Assembly: GCF_009834535.1 (NCBI RefSeq)
Contig: NC_045701.1
Location: forward strand, 5,518,001 to 5,582,000
Length of the DNA stretch: 64,000 nucleotides
Source of the DNA: Camelus ferus
Taxonomy: Eukaryota
Direction: 5' to 3'
The stretch's first letter is position 1. Every line of letters begins with the position of its first letter. The notes beneath the pieces are model-generated. The model worked only from the letters and a program-made list of their open reading frames with translations. It made no database searches and was not told the origin of the DNA. Shown in pieces: positions 13,501-23,232 of this stretch. Position numbers and translations under genes: made by a program.

Positions 13501-15084
13501 CAGAGGATCAGAATGGGGACCGGAGGAAGAGGAAGTGTACAGGCACGCCAAGAGCCAACGATCTCCTTCAAGGACGAAGAAATGGCTGCACAAACCTGAG
13601 GTCACACAGTGAGTGGCGGGGAATGGGAAGCGGCCCCTCTGGTTTCCATGCCCTCTACTCTGCTGCCTGCCCTGCAGGAGAGCTGGGGTTGAAGGCAACC
13701 GGATGAGCGACCTTGAGCAAGCCACTGAGTCTCAGGCCTTGATGATAAGCCTCCCCCGGCTTGCTCCCTATCAGCGTTTCAGTTAGGGCATCGGCCTTGG
13801 CGGGCCCTGATAAGGCCTTGACTCACCTCTTTGTTTGCCTCGGCCTTGGGAACAGATGGAAAGAAAACTCACAGGCAGCGGGAACCAGTCTCATCCTCTA
13901 GGTCGATGCCTGTGTGTCCAAAATTTGGCAAAAGTTGCATTCGTATGAGTCAGCCCTCAACATAGCTTCATTCACTGTTTGACACAAAATTTACGACATC
14001 TGTCACAGGAATGTGGCTCTGAAAACCCTCAATGTCAAAACGTGTATATAACGGAAGGAATGCTTCCCGCACTGCCGCCATTTCTCATTTCTTTCCAAAC
14101 CCCTGCCTGCCTTCCTGGAAATGATGGCTCCCTGAGCACCCCAGGGTTCTGTTTTGATTGGTGAATTCAGATTCTTTTTTTTTCTGTATGTACATCTGAC
14201 TACAGATTTTTTTTTAAATTACATATACAAATCGTGGTAATCAGGTGAAAATAGTTAACATAGACTCAAATATTTGTTCAAGTTAAAAAAATACATTTTT
14301 TTTCCTCCTGGAGAAAAAAAAAATCAGGCCCAAAGTATTAAACTCTGGAGGATACATGACAGCATACACAAAAATTAGGTTTCGTTTCTGCTGATGGTTC
14401 TCTAGGAGCAGTGAACAGCGGTCCTCTTCAACGCCAGCTTCAGAGTTCACGATGTATCCACAAAGCGCTGTTCTTTCCTCATTAATAGGACATCATAGAA
14501 CTCTGATCATAAATTTAAATACTCCTGGAAGATGTTTACATTATTACCCTGTATCCTTTCTCTGTGGAGTCCCACAGTGTTTTACTCTGAAAAAGGCAAC
14601 TTCCCCAGCTGTTCACTAGGAAATCTGGGCCTGCCAAGTCTCGGCAATGGAATTGAGTACGAATCTTGTATTTTTTCTCTGTACAGTTTTCTAAGTGGTG
14701 ACATCAGCGTCCAGCCTCGGCGTTTACACACTGAAGGGCTATGCCTCAAGCACTCTTCCCCAATCTCACAGAGCAGCATGTTGAGAGGGCGCAAGGTGTG
14801 TGCCCCTTGGGGACAAGGGCGTTCTCGCTTTTGTAGTTATCAGAAAGATCAGGGAGTAATAATTCTTCGAATTTGCATGAATCGGCAGTAATTCATTGAT
14901 TTCACCTGATGCCGGGAAGCCCGGGAGGAAGTCAGGCCTTACACCGCTCACTCGTGGTCGTGCCAGCCCTCCTCCATCCTCCCAGCCTCGCCCTCTCCCC
15001 GCTGTACCTGCTGCCGCACCTGTTTCCACCTGTGTCTAGGCACTCCTTCTCTTCTGCTGTAAAACACCTGAAACAAGCAGAAGA

Positions 15085-15290
15085 ATCCAAACAGGGCTTT
15101 GGAGTCCACAGGCCTGAGTCTGACGCCCTCCCCACTACTTGTGAGCTCTGGCCCTGTAAGCACGTTTGCTCAGCCTCCCTGAGCCCTGTTCCTGTAGTGA
15201 GTAAAACGGGACGGAGGTGAAACCGAAATAACACTCGTAAGGTGCTTATGATGGTTCTGGCACAGGGTACCTGAGAACAGTGCTGATAAC
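15085..15290 (+). mobile_element. MIR SINE fragment
   Basis: ggctttggagtccacaggcctgagt...gtaaggtgctta...ctggcacag. Confidence 0.6.
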
Positions 15291-16470
15291 CAGCATCACC
15301 ACGTGGGGCAGGCTAGTGTTGTCCCAGCTTCCCGGGCCAGTTGTTAAACGCCCTCCGTGGTGGTCCCTGCAGCGCTGGCGGTGAGGGAGGGCAGCCACAG
15401 GCACTGTCGCGAGCGTGCCCGAGGTGCTCTGCACGTCATCACCTGCGCCACACACTCGAGTCCCACGACAGCACCCTGCAAGCGACGTGCCCATTTCAGA
15501 GACGGAGAATCTCAGATTTAGGGAGACAAGCTACTGAAAGGCGAAGCCAGATCTGGCTCCCAAAGTGAAAAACTGCCTAGTGTAGGAAAACCTCTTATGA
15601 TCTGAGGCAGGAGACATTCTGGCTAGCGGAGGGTGGGCAGGGGCGAGCCCAGGTGAAGAGGTGGGAGGGCCGAGACTCAGAGCCGTTATTTGTCTTGAGC
15701 AAAGGGACAGATTTTTGGAGGTGGGAACTGGAAGCCTGGCTGCCAGGCTTTTATTTGGGTTTACAGGGAGAAAATTCCCGATCAAAGGGCGTGGAGAACA
15801 GCTACAGGGATGATGAACACTTTTCCAATGAAAATATTATCTGTGCATCCAAGTGAATCTGTGTATTTCCATTTTACTGTGTTCGCTTTTCGTGGAGATG
15901 TCCTTTTCCCCTCGCAGCACAAGTTTAGCCAACTAATATAGTCTGCAATCTGTTTTTGTTTGCTTAAAGTCTTGAAGAGTGACTTGTGATATTTTCAGTT
16001 TCCAAGTCCAAGAAAAAGAAGATGTATTGGAATTTAGAACTCAGCACGAGTTAGAATGCAGACACCAAGACTCTTTCCACTTTTAAGGAGAATCACGCTG
16101 CTGGGAGACAACAGATTTAGCGCGTTAACTCACAATTTGCTGATGTGTGTGACTGCCACTGCCAAAGACTTAACTAAGAATTGAGGAAAACATCCCCAAA
16201 CCAGTAGAGCCACTGGTGCAGATATGTGCAGATATAACCTGTAGCCTGGAGAAAGGCTTGGACTTGGAAAGGGTCCCTTCCTGCTTGGTTGTAACTTTCA
16301 CAGACTACAGGGCTGCTGCCTTGAGTGCTTCTGGGAGGAGAACACACAAGACTGTTTCCCCCAGAACCCTGGGTACGACGTTGCTCTAAGAAACACGTGT
16401 AAGGGAAGGAGGTTGATCACATGATCTCAAGTTCACAAAGTAAAAACATACAAACGACAGGACCACCACA

Positions 16471-17237
16471 TTTAGAAAATGTCCTACAATGTGCATTTTA
16501 TTCCATATCATTATACAAGGTTTACATACAGTTATAACTCTTAAAGAAAAGGGTTTTTTCTTTACCAATCGTATGTAGCGCCTAAGTCTTTCAGTTTAAC
16601 ATGGTGGAAATCCACATCGCATGCTAACCTACGAGCTGTAATGAGCTGCAAACGTGCCAATGAGAAGGGAACAGAAGCCTTAGAGGGGCATCGTGGCTTA
16701 CACGCCCATGGCTTCAGCGAATTCTGGCAGACAGGATCCACAGTCTCACCTCATAGTAAAGCTCAAGACAAAATAAATTAGTGTTGGACAGGATTCTAAG
16801 TTGTACAATATTGAACGAAAGACCACAGGGGGACCTTTTGTTTAAAGTAGCACCAATCCACACCTGACTGTGTTTCCGACATTCACTGTCCTGCTCAAAC
16901 ATCATTGGCACTTCGAGGGGCAATCTTTCTGCTTTGGTGAGGATTCCTGGACTGACTAAGCACACAGTGTTGCTAAACTCTCTACCAAGTGTGGCAACGT
17001 CGACCTAAGACATGGCACATTGAAATCATCGTCGCCTTGACACCGGCTCTCCTGTGTGTGTGTGTGTTTTCCCCACCCCCGATCTAGCTGGTATTTTGTG
17101 GCTGTTTCTGTGACAGTGGTAAAAGTAAGTAAAAATGCATTGAAGGGGTTTCATGGTAAGCATGGTGTTTAAAAACAAAACAAAACAAACCAAAACAACA
17201 AAAACATGAAAGAATGTGGTCGCGGCTAAGGAGGTTT
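16471..17237 (-). other. TPM1: TPM1 exon 9d 3' UTR
   Basis: Follows the 9d stop and ends about 25 nt after the AATAAA; contains (TTTTG)n and (CA)n tracts. The end coordinate is approximate. Confidence 0.85.
16497..16502 (-). terminator. Distal poly(A) signal of TPM1 (exon 9d)
   Basis: GGAATAAAATGCACATTG on the gene strand, then a GU-rich downstream element (tgtggtggtcctgtcgtttgtatgttttt). Confidence 0.88.
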
Positions 17238-17320
17238 TCACATGTTGTTTAACTCCAGTAAAGTCTGATCCAGCATCTGATGCATACTAAGGTTTTCTTC
17301 TTTGGCATGAGCCACTTTCT
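17238..17320 (-). CDS. TPM1: TPM1 exon 9d coding part, non-muscle/smooth-muscle C-terminus (EKVAHAKEENLSMHQMLDQTLLELNNM*)
   Basis: cccaccacag|AG AAA GTG...AAC ATG TGA; 83 nt; gives 284 aa. Confidence 0.99.
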
Positions 17321-17774
17321 CTGTGGTGGGATTAGAAAATTAAATCATGAATAGCTGCACTTTGGACACAGTGGTAGCTCGTACATTTAGGCAGGCAAAC
17401 ATCAATCACAAACACAGGATGAGATGATTAGGACTTGGCATGCTTGTAAGACATGACTCATTCCCAGACAAGGACCTACAAAGGGGAGGCCGTCTTGGAC
17501 CCGAAGGAACTACGGACACAGCGGGTTCTCACAGAGCGGCCAGGCAGACCTTCGCCAACAAGCCACCGTGAGGACGAAACGCCGGTGGGGTGTGGTGCAG
17601 GCTCGCAGGTCCCGCGCTGCGGGGACAGGGGGAGGAGCCCGTGGCGCTGACGTTAATAACAGCAGACATTTCTGAGTTAACGGGCAGTTAAAGGTCTGGG
17701 AGTTGTGTTGCTGAAACACAATCTCACAGAAAACAAAGATGACGTAAATAGGTTTCTGACAACGTTGTAAATGA

Positions 17775-17780
17775 TTTATT
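17775..17780 (-). terminator. Candidate poly(A) signal for exon 9c transcripts
   Basis: AATAAA on the gene strand about 720 nt after the 9c stop and about 450 nt before the 9d acceptor; U/GU-rich sequence follows. Confidence 0.55.
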
Positions 17781-18497
17781 TCTATTGCTCATTAAAAAAC
17801 ATTATCAACACGTTTCATGCACACTTCAGGAGGACATTCTCTGATTATTCTCACAGTGCTCTAGTTTAAATTAGCACGACATCCTCACCAGATTCCAATA
17901 GCGCCATGAGACTGGATAAAAGCATACCTTTCAGACAATCGGGAACTTCTGACAAGAACTCCTGTTTTCAAAAGCTATTTTGCCCAAGCATAGGTACATT
18001 TAATCGTATTTCAAACACTATACCAGATACTCAGAAGTTAGGAATATGAATATGCGATAGGAATACATATTATATATATCACGCCCTATATATAATATAT
18101 ATATGGTTGTACACATACACACCCCTCTGCTTTGGCTTTCTAACTTAGAGCAGGACTCAGTTCTCTGTAGGAAATAGAAAACAGTCTTTTGGTCCTCATT
18201 ATGCATCAGTTCAAACAAGAGGACCTGCTATGGCAAAGACAAGTGCTGAACTGAGTACAAACATTTATCCATATACATATGTGTCATTTTACCATAGAAG
18301 TCGTTTTGGGATTAAAGAGAACTTAATTATTCCAGATATAAGAAGAAAATGCAGGCAAGGCCAGCCTTTCAACTGGTTCCTTTCATGCTCAATTCTGCAG
18401 AAAGCAACTGTTTTCAATCCTCTTAAGTTCGACAGTTAGAACTCCTGCCCGTGGGCTCCATTCCTAGAATTCAGCCCCAGTCCTCTCCCACTTAAGT

Positions 18498-18571
18498 TTA
18501 GTCCTCATTCAGGGCCAGCTTTAGTTGGTTAGTGAGGCGGCGGTTTTGCTCAAGTTGCTGGTAGAGTTGGT
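18498..18571 (-). CDS. TPM1: TPM1 exon 9c coding part, brain-type C-terminus (DQLYQQLEQNRRLTNQLKLALNED*)
   Basis: cctgtacag|AC CAA CTC TAC...GAG GAC TAA; 74 nt; phase matches exon 8; gives 281 aa with the 1a start. Confidence 0.96.
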
Positions 18572-21392
18572 CTGTACAGGTCAGCAAGCATGTTAGCGGA
18601 AGAGAGGAGGCAGAAGGGAGAGAGGTTAGCTAGAGCCAGTGAGAGCGAGTTACCAGACAGGACACAGAGGTACCTCGGGCACCAGGGGCGCGTGGGCCAG
18701 TTTACCCTCACCCCGTGGTCGGCGGTCCAGCCCCCGGGTGGGCGGACAGTAGGAGGCCCGACAGACTTAGGAAGAGCCGAGGTTCCTCTCTCGGCAGGAG
18801 AGAAGGGAAGGAGAGCGGGAGGGCCCGAGGCGGAGAGAGAGAGTGTTCCTCCTGCATCTCACTAAACGCGCCGTGTGAGCCGGAGCGGGCGCAGCCTCTG
18901 CCCACCGCCCCCGGAGCTGAGGCAGGGCTGGGGCGCGGCGCGCTGCCCGCTCCTCGCTCGGCCCAGCGGGGCGCTCACGGCCAGACCGCACCCTGCCCGG
19001 TTCTGCTCACCTCTTCCCGGAACCCTTCCATCTCCGCTCCCAGGGCTGGCTTTCCTTGCAGGTAGAACCAAGAGAGGCCACTGCTGTATGAACAGTCTTT
19101 GAAATGCAGAACTAAGCGCCCTGTCCCACCCCACTGCCGTAACTCGGTGCAAACTCTGAACTCTCATCCAGCTTAGGTACAGGGGGTGTGTTACCTACTC
19201 AAACAGCAAAGGAACAAGCACGTATCTCCACTCGAAACGGATTTAAAATTTAACTGCTGACTTCCTGAGGAGGACGGCATTCTCTGGTGCTAGATGGACG
19301 TATACAAAATGAACAAAACCCCACCCCCAGATGGAGACCACCCCAATGGGGACCACGGTGACATACATGTTACACACTGGCATGTAAGCTGCCCACTTGG
19401 CAGGAAGGCAGCGTGACAGTCAGTCTGCCTCTGGCGGGCCGGGGCTGTGCCCCAACAATGACAAGAACCTGGCACTTACAAACTCGTGACTGTTTCAAAT
19501 GACAGTGACAACCTGGACCCACAAACTCTACTTACTGATCTTAGAGGGCTGACAGTCCTGCCCCCAGGGGAAAATAAAAGTGTCTGGTTCCTAGCCCCGA
19601 CTCTGCCAGGAAATCGACCAGCTCTTATTTTTAACTCTCTCTCATACGTGGTAGGAGATGGGAAAACGCTCTATTCATCGTGCTTTCTAGCTTAGAGTAT
19701 CTGCTGCCTTGTTTTCTTTGCTGATCCACACTTCCTGACTATTCAAAAGCCCAGTCAAATGTCACCTCCTCCAGGAAGCTCCCAGGCAGAATTATCCTCT
19801 CATCCCATTGACTCTAAAATACACACCTTCTGTTAGCTCAGACTCGCCTCTCTCATCTGTCTTCCTACAAGACGCAATGAGGACAGAGAACACTTCCGGT
19901 TCACCTCGTCACCACACCCTCCCTCCCTCTCACTGGCCCGCATGTTTGGAGGCTGCACAGTGTAAACGCCACTAGCACACGCACACCATCATGGGGGGCA
20001 CTTCAGTTTGCTGAGCCAATGCCCAGGCCAATTTTGGAGAAATCCTAGAGAACCCAGAGGATCAATGTGAATGCAGCTTAAATGCCAGCTGTCCCGCCCG
20101 CATCCTCCTCTGGACCTGCTCCATTTCAGCTGCATGGTGGAGTTGGTGTGCTGGGGTGGCCCGGGGACAGGGACCGGTAACGGTTATCCGTCTTTTCCCC
20201 TCCTATTCTACCTCCCCGATGTCAGGGGACTCTAGGGCCCAGATTTGGCAGTGCTTTTGGTTTGTTGCCAACTAAGCCTCTTGCAGCAGCTGCCTCTATG
20301 TACTGCCTGGCCCTCTGAGCTAAAAGCTTGGGCTCTGACAATTCCTTGATAAAATCAACTAGCTACTTACCCTCTTGTGCGCCCATACCCTCTTGGGCTA
20401 TTCCAGATCTGCCTTCCCAGCCCATCAGTTTCCCATTTCTCCTTGTAGAAAATGCTTAGAGAAAGTGTGAGAGTCCCCGGAAGGGTTTCCAAGAAACCGT
20501 GAGCCTGCAGAATTAACTGAACATCTGCCCAGCAGAACTTTCAGGCGTGTCATTTTGTCTATGGTGGGAAGCAGGGTTATTCAGAGAAGGCCCCACTTCT
20601 ATTACTCTGAATCCAAAACACAAGGCAGGAGTCATAGTCAAAGGCAGCCCCAAAGAGCCTTAGGAAAAGAAAAACAAGAAATCACAGAAGTCTTTATAGT
20701 CTCAAGGGAGAGGCATAGTCTAGATCATAGATTTTTAAAAGTCCACTCTACTTGGATATAAATCTCCACTTGAACATAATCGTATGTTTCTAAAACCTAA
20801 AGTCATTTCATGATCAAAATGAAGGTGGCTGAGGAATGAATATACTTTTAAAAAGCTTTTACTGCTCTTTGGGCTGTAAAAGGATGATCAACAATCATCT
20901 TAGTTTACAGTGTTTGAAGCCGTGTTCTTTTTCACCTTCTCCAACGGGTAAATTCCTAGCAACGCAGGATGGCTATGGAGACTTCATCATGACTTTCATC
21001 CGTTAGCCACCCTCTCCCAGCAGGGCTACCTGATCATCAGCACAGAGGGCTCACTGCATCCCAAACCAAACATCTGGCAGAGGAAGACACTGCTCAAGGC
21101 AGGCCTCCCGACCGCAACAAGGAAACGTCCCCTGTACAGAGGTTCTCAGCCTGCACTGCGTTCCAGGACCACCTCAGTCCCTAAAAAAAAAAAACCACTC
21201 AGGTGCCCGGGCCTCACTTTAACCTTTGGAAGCCAAAACTCTGAGAGGGACCCAGGCCTGGGTATTTTTAAGACGTTCCACAAGGAACCACTGTTTTAGA
21301 AATTCTTGCTATCCATGTCTAATGTTCAGAATGGGGAGAAAAAAAAAAAAAAAGCAAACCAGCAGCCAAAAATTAACCCTCATATGTGTGAA

Positions 21393-21540
21393 NNNNNNNN
21401 NNNNNNNNNNNNNNNNNNNNNNNNNNNNNNNNNNNNNNNNNNNNNNNNNNNNNNNNNNNNNNNNNNNNNNNNNNNNNNNNNNNNNNNNNNNNNNNNNNNN
21501 NNNNNNNNNNNNNNNNNNNNNNNNNNNNNNNNNNNNNNNN
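21393..21540. other. Assembly gap (148 N), probably covering the end of the exon 9b 3' UTR and its poly(A) signal
   Basis: N run directly follows the 9b UTR; no AATAAA in the visible 9b segment. Confidence 0.75.
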
Positions 21541-21666
21541 CCTAAGGCAGGATGCGAAAAGAAAGAACCAGGGTCAGCTGGAGAACAGACACACTGCAGA
21601 GCTCAGAGAGGTGGGACATCCAGCTTGATGAAGGGGTCTTGGGAGAAGTGAAGCAAAGAAACTTAT
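21541..21666 (-). other. TPM1: TPM1 exon 9b, visible part: A-TAA completing Ile284 and the stop after 9a, then 3' UTR; coding in another frame when joined to exon 8
   Basis: ttcatgcag|ATAAGTTTCTTTGCTTCACTTCTCCCAAG...; TAA at 21665-21663; runs into the N gap at 21540. Confidence 0.95.
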
Positions 21667-23092
21667 CTGCATGAAGAGAAAAGATGGGAGAGAAAGAAAA
21701 AAAAAAAGTGGCACAATGGAAAACAGGGAAGCTAAACAGAGGAGAGCAGCATCCGAAACACAGGTGAGAAGCAGACATGCGAAACCCGCTGCCAGCTGCC
21801 CCTGCGGGAGGATGTCCGTCTCTGCCCGCCAGAGTCTGGGCCCGAGGCCAGCGCCTGCCCCTGCTGGGGGGGATCCATTTCCAGACCCATAGACAGGCCT
21901 TAACCAATTTGAAGCTCAACCCACCTTTCAGAACACTTAATCATACTTGATGCTAAGAGTTTCCCCCACAGAATCATCACATTTTAGCACCTGGAGACAG
22001 ATGATCTGACCCATGCCCTCATTTACAAAAGAGGGGCGAGAGGATGGAATGCTCTCTAGCTTCCATGGTGACAGTCATGTCTCCAAGGGTACTGTGGCGG
22101 ATCTGTAATCTGCACGGCAGCAGGCACACGCCAATGCTCTTCAAGCTACCATGCCTCTGCAGGAGTAAAGGAATGGCAGTTGGGCCTGGAAAATGAACTT
22201 TCCAGCTTGTAAGGAATTCAGTGCCACATCATGACAATGAAGGGAAGCCTCTGTGCAACACTCCAGGTTAGAATTTAGAGGGGCAGAGCCAGTTTAATGT
22301 TGGGGTTTGGTTAGCACCATGTCAGTCAGTCGTGTATGCTCCAGGTTCTTGTGAGGTTAAGACCGTCTCCTCCACTCTCCCGGCCTCGCGGTAGTAAAAG
22401 CTGGGCCATTGACTCCCAAACGTGTATTAGACAATCTGTGTTTTACGTCCCACTTCTTTGACACAGGTTGTGGTGTTTATAATTATTTAAATTCTTTTTC
22501 AGATAAAACACAGAAAAATTAAAGGCTTGGCTACTCAGCAGAGGGTTCACATCTGTCTAGAATTCTTGAAAGTGAGGCAGATGTGACTTTTTAGGCTTTA
22601 TTGGATCCTTTAGGCTCTATCAGATCAATTTCCTTTCCCTCCGCGCCTCTGTAATCTGACACTATAGAGTTCCTTACATTTGAAATTCTCTTATGAAAAA
22701 TGATCACATTGTATTTAACTGAATCTCAGGAAACCAACTTTTGATAGTTCTTAGGAAATTCCTGCACCATTGCATGGCCTACTAATTTTCCTTGAGCCTA
22801 GTTATAATTTCCTAAAAGGAGGGTGCCCAAGTCACTCATACTCCAGTTCACTGCTTGGTGGGAACAGGCTAGTTGAGACAATGGGAAATGAATGGATTCT
22901 GAAAGGAAAATGGTTTGTCTACAGAGGCAACCTACTTGGCCTTTATGTTAGTAGCATGTGAAAAAACAATGCCTGTCCCAGGTTATGCAAATAGAGTGAG
23001 CAGAAAGGTGTAGAGACGGAGACACTGGAGATGCAGAAGGGAGTGGTGGTGAGTCTGTCATATTAGCCTGAGGGCACGGGTGTGAGCAGACA

Positions 23093-23232
23093 NNNNNNNN
23101 NNNNNNNNNNNNNNNNNNNNNNNNNNNNNNNNNNNNNNNNNNNNNNNNNNNNNNNNNNNNNNNNNNNNNNNNNNNNNNNNNNNNNNNNNNNNNNNNNNNN
23201 NNNNNNNNNNNNNNNNNNNNNNNNNNNNNNNN
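23093..23232 (-). other. TPM1: Assembly gap (140 N) inferred to contain TPM1 exon 9a
   Basis: No 9a-like sequence between exons 8 and 9b. On the gene strand the 190 nt before the gap (23422-23233) contain no AG and start near a CTAAT plus U-rich tract. The gap is large enough for a ~79-nt exon plus flanks. Confidence 0.85.

Noticed and set aside
13919-13929. CCAAAATTTGG as a CArG box
   Set aside because: Seven A/T bases between CC and GG, not six.
23093-23232. True loss of exon 9a
   Set aside because: An N gap of suitable size sits at the expected position, with intact upstream splicing signals and an intact 9b.
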